Made by a program: the position numbers and the translations under genes | Shown here: positions 1 through 9,978 of the stretch, one piece after another | Position numbering within the stretch: position 1 is the first letter of the stretch | How the letters are laid out: each line of letters starts with the position of its first letter | Source: Thainema sp. | GTDB lineage: Bacteria; Cyanobacteriota; Cyanobacteriia; Phormidesmidales; Phormidesmidaceae | Length of the DNA stretch: 64,000 bases | Assembly: GCA_052168235.1 (NCBI GenBank) | Contig: JBQLZK010000014.1 | Span: 56,495 to 120,494 of the forward strand | Direction of reading: 5' to 3' | The notes under the pieces: generated by a model | What the model was told of the DNA's origin: nothing | The model's database searches: none | The model's input: the letters and a program-made list of their open reading frames with translations, nothing else

Positions 1-49
1 AACGCTCAATATTCATGTTCTAACCCAGGGATGATTGCTATAACGGCAA

Positions 50-1066
50 ATGTGGTGTGACGAACTTGAGAGTATGACACATAATATTCAGCAAGCAGTC
101 GATGAATCGACTGTAGAGCAGCCTATTCAAGCCGTTCCTCGGCTTGATGCTCAAAACACAACGGCTGATCAAACAACGGCGGAACTGTTTTTTCAGCACT
201 ATCAAAAGCCGGGAAAACCAGTGGTTTTGACCGGATTCTTGGCTGATTGTTCGGCCTGGAACCTTAATTTTCTAGAGCAACAGTTAGGTGATCTGGTATT
301 CCCGGTACGGCGCTATGGTCAGGAACGCTATCAGCAAGATAAGCGGCAGTGGAAAACGGCAGGTAGCGGTGTAGAAGCCGTTCAGATTTCGTTTCGGCGG
401 TATCTTGAACAGTTGCGCAATGGTGAGGCGGCGGCTCAAGATTTATACCTGGCTCGCTGTGCGCTGAAAGATACGCCATTAGCTGAACCAGAACTGTTGA
501 CCCAACCAGAACAGCAATTGAATCTGCGCTGGCCTGCCACGCCGTTGAATTTGTGGTTAGGGTCGGGGGGGCACACCTCCTGCTTGCACTATGACCCAAT
601 GGATGGCACGCTGACGCAGCTCATGGGGGTCAAGCGGGTGATTTTGTTCCCGCCGCATCAGCTCTATAACCTGTATCCCCTGTCCATTTTGAACCACTTG
701 CGCTACGGTCTAAAGCTGCGATCGGTCTATAGCCAAGTCTATCCTGATGCCCCTGATCTAAAGGCGTTTCCACGCTTTGCGCGGGCTCAGCAGTATCGCT
801 ACGAAACGGAACTGCAACCGGGAGAAATTTTGTTCATTCCCTCTGGCTGGTGGCATGAGGTGCAGTCTATCGGCACAGGAGCTGTTTGTTCAACCAATCG
901 GTTTTGGCATGTTTATCCGCCAGCCCGAGGTGTCCGACTGTGGAGTAAATGGCGAGCGCATTTGGGGGGCGTGTTTGCGCTGCCGCATACGATGCGTCAA
1001 TGGCTGGTTGCGATCGCAAGTCCGGATCGTCAGCAAAAACTGCGCCAGTTGTTCCAGCAGCTTTGA
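50..1066 (+). CDS. JmjC/cupin-8 family 2-oxoglutarate/Fe(II) oxygenase
   Basis: GKPVVLTG N-terminal motif, LWLGSGG..SCLHYD (HxD), GVKRVILFPP and LFIPSGWWHEV (distal His); alternative start ATG at 74. Confidence 0.85.
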   Translation: MWCDELESMTHNIQQAVDESTVEQPIQAVPRLDAQNTTADQTTAELFFQHYQKPGKPVVLTGFLADCSAWNLNFLEQQLGDLVFPVRRYGQERYQQDKRQWKTAGSGVEAVQISFRRYLEQLRNGEAAAQDLYLARCALKDTPLAEPELLTQPEQQLNLRWPATPLNLWLGSGGHTSCLHYDPMDGTLTQLMGVKRVILFPPHQLYNLYPLSILNHLRYGLKLRSVYSQVYPDAPDLKAFPRFARAQQYRYETELQPGEILFIPSGWWHEVQSIGTGAVCSTNRFWHVYPPARGVRLWSKWRAHLGGVFALPHTMRQWLVAIASPDRQQKLRQLFQQL

Positions 1067-1203
1067 GAGGGTTCTAGCCAAAAAGTGAGTCTAGCGGCTC
1101 ATGAAGGTGGCAACTTAATTTGGCAAAATGGGCACACTGACATATAGAGTGCATATTCCGCCAGATCAACTGCAACAGTGTACGTGATGGGTAAAGATCG
1201 GCT

Positions 1204-2556
1204 ATGAGTCAGCGTCAAGATGCTTGGTCAGACTTTAAAGAAACCTCGTCTGACTCTCAAATGATGGCTACCGTTGATGCCGAATTGGCGGAAGCGGATG
1301 CAGAGAATTATCTATCTCTCGATGATTTGATGACAACGGCAGAATTGCCCAGCGATTGGCTGCGGCAAGGCGTTGAATTTGCTAAGTTGGGGGATATCAA
1401 TCGAGCGATTCAAACCATCAATCAAGCCATTAAGCTGAAGCCGAACTACTATCCGGCGCTGATGTATCAGGCGATGCTGCTGGGCCAGCAGCAGGACTAC
1501 GAGACCACTGTTCATCTCTGCGACCAAATTCTGGAACTGTGGCCGGATGACGCCAAGGCTTGGTATAACCGGGGCTATGCCCAAATGAAAATGCAGCAGT
1601 ATGATGCGGCCATTTCGTCATTTGGGCAGGCGCTGCGGTACCAGGATTCAATGATCAAGGCGTGGTATCAGCAGGGGAAAGCGCTGGAGCGGACTGGGCG
1701 CTATGTGGAAGCGGTAGACAGTCTGGATCATGCGATCGCACGTGACCCGTCCTACTATCGGGCGTGGCGGCTGAAGGGCCTCTGCCTGTGTCGGATGGGT
1801 TGTTACACTGCCGCCGTTGAGAGCTTTGACCAGTCGCTTCAGGTATATGGCAACGATGGGCAAACACTGTATCATCGCGGCTATGCTCTGTGGCAACTGC
1901 AGCGTAACCGCGAAGCGCTAGAAGCCTTTGAACAAGCGATCGCACTTCAGTCTCAGAATGCTGAGCTGTGGTGCTGTCGCGGCACCATCTTGCTCCAGCT
2001 GAATGAGGTCGAAGAAGCGCTCACCAGTTTCAACCAGGCGTTGCTGATCGATTCCAAACACCAGCAGGCGCTCTGTCGGCGGGGCATTGTCTTGCTCAAA
2101 CAGGGGCACTGTGCCGATGCGATCGCAAGTTTTGATCAGGCATTGGAACTCCATCCCCACTATGCCCAAGCACTTTACTACAAAGGCAAAGCCCTAGATC
2201 AACTAGGACGGCCAGAGCAGGCGATTACTTACTATAAACGGGCGCTGAATATCCATGCCTATAGCCATAAGGTCTGGATTTCAACCGGAATCGCGCTTCA
2301 GCGGATGCAGCGACTGGATGATGCGATCGCAAGTTTCAACAAATCCCTGGCCATTAAACCGGATGATCCCACAGCCTTCTATGCCCTCGCTCAGTGCTAC
2401 GCGCTGCAAAATCAAACTGATCTAGCGCTGGATAACCTACAAAAAGCAATTCAGATCAATCCGGATTACTATCTACTAGAGGCCAGCCAAGAAACCAGTT
2501 TTGAGCGCTTCTATGCCGAACCGCGATTTCGCCGCCTCGTCATGGGCGTGGAATAA
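1204..2556 (+). CDS. TPR repeat protein
   Basis: About 11 tandem 34-aa TPR units (AWYNRG..A..SF.QAL); acidic N-terminal extension. Confidence 0.9.
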   Translation: MSQRQDAWSDFKETSSDSQMMATVDAELAEADAENYLSLDDLMTTAELPSDWLRQGVEFAKLGDINRAIQTINQAIKLKPNYYPALMYQAMLLGQQQDYETTVHLCDQILELWPDDAKAWYNRGYAQMKMQQYDAAISSFGQALRYQDSMIKAWYQQGKALERTGRYVEAVDSLDHAIARDPSYYRAWRLKGLCLCRMGCYTAAVESFDQSLQVYGNDGQTLYHRGYALWQLQRNREALEAFEQAIALQSQNAELWCCRGTILLQLNEVEEALTSFNQALLIDSKHQQALCRRGIVLLKQGHCADAIASFDQALELHPHYAQALYYKGKALDQLGRPEQAITYYKRALNIHAYSHKVWISTGIALQRMQRLDDAIASFNKSLAIKPDDPTAFYALAQCYALQNQTDLALDNLQKAIQINPDYYLLEASQETSFERFYAEPRFRRLVMGVE

Positions 2557-2620
2557 TGGCCTTTGGCTTTGCGAATAATAGAGAGAGACGCAGCACTGAA
2601 TCTCTCTCTTCCAAAAGTAA

Positions 2621-3505
2621 CTAATACGTTACGCCGCGATAGCGGCGCTTGGGCAGGGGTTGGCCGCTGCTGTCGAGGTCAGGTTCAAACTCGGCGCTCG
2701 TCATCTCAGGCGTTTCTTCGATTTCCGCTGCATCCAGTGTTTTATCGTTAAACGGTGTTTGAGAGAGCGGTGCATGAGATTTGCCGTTGGATTGCCCGTT
2801 GGCAACTGTGCCATTCTCTAGCAGCACGCTGCGACCGTTGCCATTCGAACCGTGAGAAGACCCGTTACCGTTAATGCTCTTGCCATTTAGGCCATGACCG
2901 TTGGTTACGGCATACGCTGAGGCCAGTTCAGTTGCCGCATCAAACTGAGTTGACGAACGATAGTTGGCAACGTGTGACTCTGTTTGATCTGCGTCGGCGC
3001 TGCGCTGAGTCTGCTTAGCTGCTTTCCGCGATTCAATTTGTCGCTTGATGCTAAATAAAACCGATACCAAGGCTCCATTTTCAATAGGGTCTGGGCTAAT
3101 GGCCTGAAGCACAGCTTTCACGCCGTGGGTGACGCTGGTGACCAGTGAATCAGGCTCAAACGCAGGCAGATAATCAGCCGCGCCCTGATGCAAGGCCCAT
3201 TGGCGCTCCGACGGATGAATTTCACTGCGAGCCGTATTGGTGAGGATGACTTGCATTTCCGAATAGCGATCGCGGCATAGGCGGCAAAACGCATAAGGAT
3301 TAAATCCCTCAATGCCAACATCGACGAGAATGGCATCTGGTAAAGCCAAACCAGCCTGCTTGAGCTGCCGTACATTATCGATGAAGTCAACCTGTGGTGA
3401 CTCCCAAATTACCGATATCCCTTGAGACTTAAGTACTGCTTGCCAAATCAGACCCTGAAGTTTTACGGGCTGAATCATCAGTACGAGTTTTTGTGAGTCA
3501 GTCAT
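2621..3505 (-). CDS. Atypical receiver-domain protein with G/N-rich linker and C-terminal YRG motif
   Basis: PDAILVD.G.EG.N.Y.FCR...VILT...WALHQGAADYL is receiver-like; C-terminus RRYRGVTY. Confidence 0.7.
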   Translation of the reverse strand: MTDSQKLVLMIQPVKLQGLIWQAVLKSQGISVIWESPQVDFIDNVRQLKQAGLALPDAILVDVGIEGFNPYAFCRLCRDRYSEMQVILTNTARSEIHPSERQWALHQGAADYLPAFEPDSLVTSVTHGVKAVLQAISPDPIENGALVSVLFSIKRQIESRKAAKQTQRSADADQTESHVANYRSSTQFDAATELASAYAVTNGHGLNGKSINGNGSSHGSNGNGRSVLLENGTVANGQSNGKSHAPLSQTPFNDKTLDAAEIEETPEMTSAEFEPDLDSSGQPLPKRRYRGVTY

Positions 3506-3718
3506 CTCATTCCGACTGGGGTTCCAGGCTAACTTCTCAGCATTCAGGGCAAATCGTATACGATCGAACAGTTCGAGACCGTGTCTTAAGTTACCTGATC
3601 ATGTGTTTTCAGCTAACTTCATCAACTTTTCAATAATTTTTCAATCTCTTTTCTCATCAGTATCGCATGTGATCTGACCGAAATTTGCGCTGTGAATTCT
3701 CTACGAAATCAATCTGAA

Positions 3719-3806
3719 TATAGCTCTACTGAATAGCTAGTAGAACCGAGTTGATTATGAGCAGGCCAACGGGACGGTCTGTTCATAATCAACTTAAGAT
3801 TGCTGC
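3719..3806. repeat. Dispersed hairpin element family B, copy 1
   Basis: TATAGCTCTA..AATAGCT...TTGATTATGA(G)CAGG-loop-TCTGTTCATAATCAA-CTTAAGATTGCTG; homologous to 12465-12557. Confidence 0.8.
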
Positions 3807-3810
3807 ATCG

Positions 3811-3891
3811 GGCGTTGCTCAATCTGGGTCTGAATTGTGATGTGGGGGCACTGCCCCCACATCACAATTCAGACTTAAAATCGGCAATCCC
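3811..3891. mobile_element. 81-bp MITE-like element family A, copy 1
   Basis: Ends GGCGTTGCT...GCAATCCC around central palindrome GAATTGTGATGTGGGGGCA-C-TGCCCCCACATCACAATTC; near-identical inverted copies at 9898 and 29977. Confidence 0.85.
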
Positions 3892-3994
3892 CTGTGATGG
3901 GCCGGAATAGTGTGGTTGAAGTTGAGCTTTATTGAAACAAGTTGATTTTCTGAATTGATCAATAGACTTTATTGGAAATAAAGTTTTTGGGGTT

Positions 3995-4041
3995 GGAAAT
4001 TGTTTTGTAGCGCGGCGAAGCCGCGCTACAAAACAATTTCC
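3995..4041. repeat. Perfect 22-bp-arm palindrome with GAA loop (family D hairpin core)
   Basis: GGAAATTGTTTTGTAGCGCGGC-GAA-GCCGCGCTACAAAACAATTTCC; related core at 23822-23864. Confidence 0.85.
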
Positions 4042-4160
4042 GATAAAGTCTAATATCGATTGATCAATCGACACAAGTTTTAAATGCTTGGAAATAAAAA
4101 ACGTGTAATAAATTGGCTTCTGATACAGAGACTTGATATTGGTCAATCGATTCAATTGAC

Positions 4161-5063
4161 CTATGGAAGATAAGGTGTCGCGAGTCCCACGACGTAAGCA
4201 GGATATTCTAAATGCGGCAAAACGCCAGTATTAGGAATAGTATGAAATCCTTTGATTGCGTGTGGATTCAGTTTAGCGAGCCGCTCACCGATACTTGGGC
4301 GGTTGAACTTGGCCTGTTCTCCCCAAATCATGGCGGTTGGCACCGAAAGCTGGCTGATATAGCGCGATAGGTCGAAGCTTAAATTGCCTTTAAGTGAAGC
4401 GAGAGCCGCATACTGAGCATGGCGCTGACGGGCTGAGGTGACGTAGGCCGCAACCATTTCGGGCGTAATTCTGGACGGCTGGGCAAACAGAAACTGGGCC
4501 ATAAAGTTGGAGACAGCCGTTTCATTGGCTGCACCCAAGTTATAAATCAAATCATTCAGCCCTGGAATTTTCGTGAGCTGAGCCGACAGCCCGGCTCCAA
4601 AGTTAGTCCCAAAATCGCTGTAGCCGGATGGGCATACCAGAATCAATTGGGCAAAGTGTTCGGGCTGCTGGACTGCCAAACGTACTGTAATTCCTGCAGT
4701 TAAGGATGAAGCGAACACCGTGACTGGTCGTCCAATCCACTCCATTAGCTCGCTGAGCATGGTGAAATAGTCTTCTACGGTGTAATCCCGAATCGGATGA
4801 GTGGACTGTCCCCAACCGATTAGATCGGGTGCAATCACTTGATAATCCGCAGCAAAGGCCGGATAGACTTTTGACCATTCGTAGGCGGACGAGCCACCAC
4901 CGAGGCTGTGCAGAAACAGCAGCGGCGGTAAATCAGGTTCGGGCTGCTTGGGATCGCGCCACGGCTGATCCATTGGCGTGTAGTAGGCCATCACACCCAG
5001 CGAGGTTTCACAGACTCGCTGACCAAATCCACTAGGCTGAAATTGCAACATGGGGCGCATCAT
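4161..5063 (-). CDS. Alpha/beta hydrolase fold protein
   Basis: [33 protein letters not shown] at nucleophile elbow, MIWGEQ, GVLPHLE. Confidence 0.85.
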   Translation of the reverse strand: MMRPMLQFQPSGFGQRVCETSLGVMAYYTPMDQPWRDPKQPEPDLPPLLFLHSLGGGSSAYEWSKVYPAFAADYQVIAPDLIGWGQSTHPIRDYTVEDYFTMLSELMEWIGRPVTVFASSLTAGITVRLAVQQPEHFAQLILVCPSGYSDFGTNFGAGLSAQLTKIPGLNDLIYNLGAANETAVSNFMAQFLFAQPSRITPEMVAAYVTSARQRHAQYAALASLKGNLSFDLSRYISQLSVPTAMIWGEQAKFNRPSIGERLAKLNPHAIKGFHTIPNTGVLPHLEYPAYVVGLATPYLP

Positions 5064-5205
5064 TGCTGTACTATCGTCATCATCCTATAGTAGCCATCAC
5101 CCAGGCACTACACAGAGTGGTATTTCGGAGTGGTATTTAGGTCATGATCTTGCGCTGGTGTGCTTGGCGCAACCACAACATGATTACCGTTTGAGGATAA
5201 CTCCT

Positions 5206-5574
5206 ATGGAAATTAATCGGCCAGATGTTGTTGCAGAGGTAACTGCTGCCTTTGAGCGCTATGAGAAGGCGCTAGTGAGTAACGATGTGGCCGTGCTGGA
5301 TGAGCTGTTTTGGCGGAGTCCCCAAACGATTCGCTATGGAGCGACGGAAAATCTCTATGGGTACGATGCGATCGCAACATTTCGCAGCCAGCGGTTAGCT
5401 AAAGGATTAGCCCGTATGTTGGTGAATACGGTGATCACGACCTATGGAGCTGACTTTGCCACGGCAAATACTGAATTTCGGCGTCCGGGGCAGTTCGGTC
5501 GCCAGAGCCAAACCTGGATGCGTACTCCAGAGGGGTGGCGAGTGGTCAGTGCCCATGTGTCACTATTGCCGTAG
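5206..5574 (+). CDS. AtzH-like / oxalurate catabolism HpxZ family protein (DUF3225)
   Basis: [23 protein letters not shown]...IRYG..ENLYG...GRQSQTW.R...[14 protein letters not shown] upstream of ATG 5206, so start moved from 5050. Confidence 0.85.
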   Translation: MEINRPDVVAEVTAAFERYEKALVSNDVAVLDELFWRSPQTIRYGATENLYGYDAIATFRSQRLAKGLARMLVNTVITTYGADFATANTEFRRPGQFGRQSQTWMRTPEGWRVVSAHVSLLP

Positions 5575-5600
5575 GTAGCCTGTAAATAAAAGATGTGACT

Positions 5601-5759
5601 ATGACACAGCGAACGTGGCAAATTCTCTCTGGCATAGCGTTAGGCGTTGGTTTTGCGTTTTTGATTGGAGCTTTCGCGTCAGAAACAGTGTTTTTGTATG
5701 CGATCGCAGCTGCTGGGTTTGCCTTGGCCGCAATTTTTGCTCGATTAAGAAGACGATGA
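5601..5759 (+). CDS. Small putative two-TM membrane protein (52 aa), below ORF-track cutoff
   Basis: MTQRTWQILSGIALGVGFAFLIGAFASETVFLYAIAAAGFALAAIFARLRRR: two hydrophobic stretches and a basic C-terminus. Confidence 0.6.
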   Translation: MTQRTWQILSGIALGVGFAFLIGAFASETVFLYAIAAAGFALAAIFARLRRR

Positions 5760-6326
5760 GCGTCGAATCATGATTTGGCTGTCGTAATAGTTCGCAGCAA
5801 CGCCGTTGCCAGTGGATACAGCCGCTGGATTGGCAGCTGAGCGCACAACATAGCTCAGGGGTTGGGGGGCGGAGTGGGCAGATTGAGCCAATAGTTTTTC
5901 AGCTTCATTTAGCTTTTGGTTGAGTTCTCGCACGCGGCGCGACAGCATGGCAATGACGTTGACGGCGATCCCTGGCGTTTCGTCAATGGCTTCATAGAGC
6001 TGTTGCTGCGTGAGTACCAGACAGTTGCAGGGATCGATTGTGGTCACAGAAGCGGATCGAGGTTCAGCATCAAAAAGCGCCATTTCTCCAAAGCAGGCAC
6101 CTGCATCGAGCTGAGCCAGCTCATTGTCGCCGATGTGAACTCGAACTCGCCCCGAAATCACGATATACAGCGATCGGCCTTCTTCTCCCTGTGTAAAAAT
6201 CGTGTGATTCGCTGGAAACGATAGCTCATCCATAATGGATGCCAAGCGAATCAAAAAGTCGTCCCGCAACTCTTGGAAGATGGGGACACCGCGAACGAAC
6301 AATAATCGTTTGACGCTGCTTAACAT
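5745..6326 (-). CDS. Cyclic nucleotide-binding domain protein (no HTH)
   Basis: IFTQGEEGRSLYIVISGRV...G.CFGEMALFDAEPRSASV phosphate-binding cassette; coiled-coil/low-complexity tail. Confidence 0.9.
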   Translation of the reverse strand: MLSSVKRLLFVRGVPIFQELRDDFLIRLASIMDELSFPANHTIFTQGEEGRSLYIVISGRVRVHIGDNELAQLDAGACFGEMALFDAEPRSASVTTIDPCNCLVLTQQQLYEAIDETPGIAVNVIAMLSRRVRELNQKLNEAEKLLAQSAHSAPQPLSYVVRSAANPAAVSTGNGVAANYYDSQIMIRRSSSS

Positions 6327-6536
6327 ATCAACCGTCTGGAACAGTAAACAGGGAAGTGCGATCGCATCTCGGTATCTTCAATCATCGGTATCTTCAATCA
6401 TTAGCGTACCCATCTGACTGAACAAAACACGGCATCGCATCCTGGCCAACACGCCCTCAGAATACCTCTATATCGTTGGAATGCCACACTGTGCGCAAGA
6501 ATTTAACGGTTTGGGCAGGAGAGTGACAGGGTGGCC

Positions 6537-9500
6537 TCACCCTTGTGACCCCTGCTGTAACTCCTGCCGCAATTTCTGTACCTGATCGACGACCAAGGGA
6601 TTGGGATCATTTTGCATGAGTGGCAGCAGTTCCTTGAGCGATCGCGGTGAGGCCATCTTGAGGTAGTCCAAAACGGCTTCCCGAACAAAGCCTGTGGCGT
6701 GCTGTAGGCAAATTAAAATTTGTTCTGCGGAAATGCTCCAGTGCTGCTGACGCGCCAGGTAGAAACAGCAGGCCACCACCCAATCCGATAAAAAATGCCG
6801 CAGATCGAGTAAGAATCGTAAGCGATCGCTGGGCAGGAGGGGATAGTACATAATTAAGTCAGACAGGCTCAGGAGCTTATTTTCGAGGGACGTTTGATCG
6901 AGCACGGTTAATAGTGCCCGCTTACTGGGAATATCCAGCGTATTGTCTAAGATCTCCAGTCCGCGCGCCATGCTGTTGAACGAGCCGGAGCGCAGAATGC
7001 TAAATTCAGCGGCCTGCATCGCGTTAGCGTCGTATAAAAAGCGCATCAGCAAGAAAATTCGCTCAGTTCCATCCAGTTGCAGATCTTGCAGTCCCCGGCG
7101 CAGTAGCTCAGCCTCTTCCGTGGCGACCATTTCTACTCTGAGATCCTGGAGCGCAGCAATAATTTGGCCGACGAACATCAGCTCTTGATCGAGCATGAGT
7201 TCAACCCCGCTGCGGCCAATTCGCTCCAGCACGGCCTCCACGCCCTTGTCCTGCGGCATGCGCAGCAGGGCGCGCAGTAGCGTCCGCCGTCGGTTCCCCC
7301 AGATCGTACGCAGGGGGAGCACCATCGCGTCTAAAGCGGGTTCCGTGTTGATGTTGCCAATGGCGCTCCAGGCGTGAAAACAGACCATTTCTGGCTTGGT
7401 GGGATCTTCGGCCAGCCGCACCAGCATGGGAATCGCTTCGTTGCCCAGGCGGCTGAGCGCCCGTTCGGCGGCTTCACGGGTGGACTTGTAGTGCAAACCG
7501 CGCAGGAGCGACGGATAGTATTCGTGCAAGCGCATGGCTGCGATCGCATCTAGAGCTTCTTGACGCACGAGTAAGGATTCATCTTGTAGCAGTCCTCGAA
7601 TATAAATACTAAATTCGGACTCGTAGAAGCTTCGGTTGGCGGCGCTGGGTACAAAGTCTAGATCGGCTGGGGCATTGAAGCGCTGGATACCCGTGCGGGG
7701 AGTTTCTGAACGCTGGGTACTGAGCTGTTGCGTATCCATTGCGCCCGCATCGCCCATTGCCTGACAGCCCATGATCCGCTCTCGTTCTCGTGGATCAATC
7801 AGCATTTGCTGAATTGTCGTCAGGGCAACCTCTTGTTCGCTAATAGAACCGTTGCGCAAAATCAGCGCCGCTGCTGTGCCTCGCACCACCGGATCGACAC
7901 TGGGCTGGAGATAGGCCATCAAAGTATGAGTGTCGGACGCCTGCTTGCTGTTGGATTCGGTGATCCACACGTAGCGCAGCGCCAGTGCCAGTACTTCTGG
8001 TGTTTGATGCGCGGGAATGAGCGATCGCACCGTACTGAGATGGTCTGGATTGGGATGTTCCAGCATGATGGTCAAGCTTTTGCACTGAAGCGCGGGGGGC
8101 AGGGTCGGTAACAGCGGAGCCAGCGCTTCGGCCACACCATCAGGATCTAGGCTGGCCAGTAAGTCAATATAGCTGGCTCGATCGGTTTCACTACCGGGAC
8201 GACCAATGGCGTCAATCATGGCCTGCCGCATAGATCGCAGGTTGCCATCGGCTGTACTTAACTCTCCTCGATCGACGCTGACAACCAGCAGATTGAGATA
8301 GCGCGATCGCAATAGGTAAGCCACACCCAGCCAGATTAGTGCCACCAGCACAATGCTGGCCACAAATACCTCGCTTTGCAGCGTCTCGCTGTTGACCGTT
8401 GCCGATACAAACCGCTGTAGTCCGGCAATCACCAGCAAAATGCCCACTCCGGTAATCACCATCGACAGGGGTTCGGCTAGACCCCTTACCAGTGACTGAA
8501 TGCGAGACTGAACTCGGTTAGGAACGGGCTGAAACAAAATTGGAGTTGTGCTGGCTTGCAGCGTATAGCGCAACAGCTCATCGACAAACTTCAGCACCAC
8601 CAGACCAATGAGCAAATTGACGACACCGAACAAGGGCAACAGAGCCAATAGTCCCGCCATAATTGGCAGCAGCGACGCAATGAAGAAAATGCCCATGCGC
8701 TCAATCACTCGACTGGAGACAAACCACTGGGTGAATAGCTCGACCAGGCCGAGAATGCCGCTAAACAGACCCAGGAAACCTGCGATCGCATTTAAGTCCA
8801 AATTCAGCTCTAGCTGGCTGAGATACTGAAAATCAATCAGTAAATACATCACCTGCGCCAGCACAAAAAAGCAAAACAGCAGCACGATGTACTGCAACAG
8901 CGAACCGCGTAACCGCTGGGCGGCTGAATCAGTCCTCTCCGAGTGCCGGATTGGCTCTTTATGCTCTCGCTGACGGACAAAATCGGGAAACGCCTGCTGG
9001 TAAGTGCGGCTGAGATAGAACAGCATGCCTGAACCCAGCAGCATGACCAGGCAAGCTAGCACCAAAATATTTTCGATTCCCAACAGCGCCAGCATCAGCG
9101 GCAGCGAAAAACCACTAATGACATCAGAAACCAGGTTGCCACTGCTAATAAGCGGGTAAGTTCGCTTAATTTCGCGAATATTGAAGATTTGATTCGCTGT
9201 GACCGAGGTGTTAACCTCGTTGAGGGCAAAAATGGCCTCATTCCACAGCCGCATGATGAAAACCGTAATCGTATAAAGCGTCGGAATGGCTAACCCAACC
9301 CGAAAAAACAGCAGCGGCACAGCCATCAGTACCGCAATCAGCACAATCACATGGCGCAGTGGCAGCAACCGCTGAAGGACGGAATAAATTGAATTTAATC
9401 CTAAGCCAATTGCCGCACTGGCAATGTAAATCCAGGGCAGAAACTCAGCGCCGTAGCTGGTTAGAAACAGCGCAGCCGAACTCATTTCCAGCCAGAGGAT

Positions 9501-9617
9501 GCCAATTGATGTAGCTGTGTAGGCCACAAACATTAAGAATGTTCGCTCGCTTTCTTCTGGTCGTAAGTTGACTAACCTGAGGATTCGCTGTCCAACGGTT
9601 ATGGTAGTGCCCTGCAT
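6537..9617 (-). CDS. MFS/NTT (ADP/ATP carrier-like) transporter fused to HEAT repeats
   Basis: About 12 TM segments in the first ~440 aa with REIKRTYPLI motif; C-terminal HEAT-like repeats (DPVVRGTAA, LLVRQEALDAI, FVREAVL). Confidence 0.8.
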   Translation of the reverse strand: MQGTTITVGQRILRLVNLRPEESERTFLMFVAYTATSIGILWLEMSSAALFLTSYGAEFLPWIYIASAAIGLGLNSIYSVLQRLLPLRHVIVLIAVLMAVPLLFFRVGLAIPTLYTITVFIMRLWNEAIFALNEVNTSVTANQIFNIREIKRTYPLISSGNLVSDVISGFSLPLMLALLGIENILVLACLVMLLGSGMLFYLSRTYQQAFPDFVRQREHKEPIRHSERTDSAAQRLRGSLLQYIVLLFCFFVLAQVMYLLIDFQYLSQLELNLDLNAIAGFLGLFSGILGLVELFTQWFVSSRVIERMGIFFIASLLPIMAGLLALLPLFGVVNLLIGLVVLKFVDELLRYTLQASTTPILFQPVPNRVQSRIQSLVRGLAEPLSMVITGVGILLVIAGLQRFVSATVNSETLQSEVFVASIVLVALIWLGVAYLLRSRYLNLLVVSVDRGELSTADGNLRSMRQAMIDAIGRPGSETDRASYIDLLASLDPDGVAEALAPLLPTLPPALQCKSLTIMLEHPNPDHLSTVRSLIPAHQTPEVLALALRYVWITESNSKQASDTHTLMAYLQPSVDPVVRGTAAALILRNGSISEQEVALTTIQQMLIDPRERERIMGCQAMGDAGAMDTQQLSTQRSETPRTGIQRFNAPADLDFVPSAANRSFYESEFSIYIRGLLQDESLLVRQEALDAIAAMRLHEYYPSLLRGLHYKSTREAAERALSRLGNEAIPMLVRLAEDPTKPEMVCFHAWSAIGNINTEPALDAMVLPLRTIWGNRRRTLLRALLRMPQDKGVEAVLERIGRSGVELMLDQELMFVGQIIAALQDLRVEMVATEEAELLRRGLQDLQLDGTERIFLLMRFLYDANAMQAAEFSILRSGSFNSMARGLEILDNTLDIPSKRALLTVLDQTSLENKLLSLSDLIMYYPLLPSDRLRFLLDLRHFLSDWVVACCFYLARQQHWSISAEQILICLQHATGFVREAVLDYLKMASPRSLKELLPLMQNDPNPLVVDQVQKLRQELQQGSQG

Positions 9618-9897
9618 TCCCTGAATCCTACAAAAACAAACTTGACGCTGTACTAGAATGCCCCATCCACGGCTGTTGTCATTGCAAATACCACAAGATT
9701 CTTACAGTTCTCACTGAGCGGTACTCACCAATAGGAATTCGATAGTCCAGAATGCCGTGCAGTATAGCAAGCCTGAGCCCAATACAACATGGCTGATCCG
9801 AACCCCATTTAGACTTCTTTACGGAAGCGGGCCGCACACGCCGATGCTCCATGTCGGATCGGCCAGGTTTTCACTCAGTCCAGTCAGCCCATGTGGA

Positions 9898-9978
9898 GGG
9901 ATTGCTGATTTTAAGGATGAATTGTGATGTGGGGATACCGCCCCCACATCACAATTCATACCCAGATTAAGCAACGCC
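9898..9978. mobile_element. 81-bp MITE-like element family A, copy 2, with 8-bp target-site duplication
   Basis: GGGATTGCTG...GCAACGCC flanked by CATGTGGA at 9890-9897 and 9979-9986. Confidence 0.9.

Noticed and set aside
3862..4155. 97-aa minus-strand ORF
   Set aside because: Runs through the palindromic repeats, with no motif and a TTG start.
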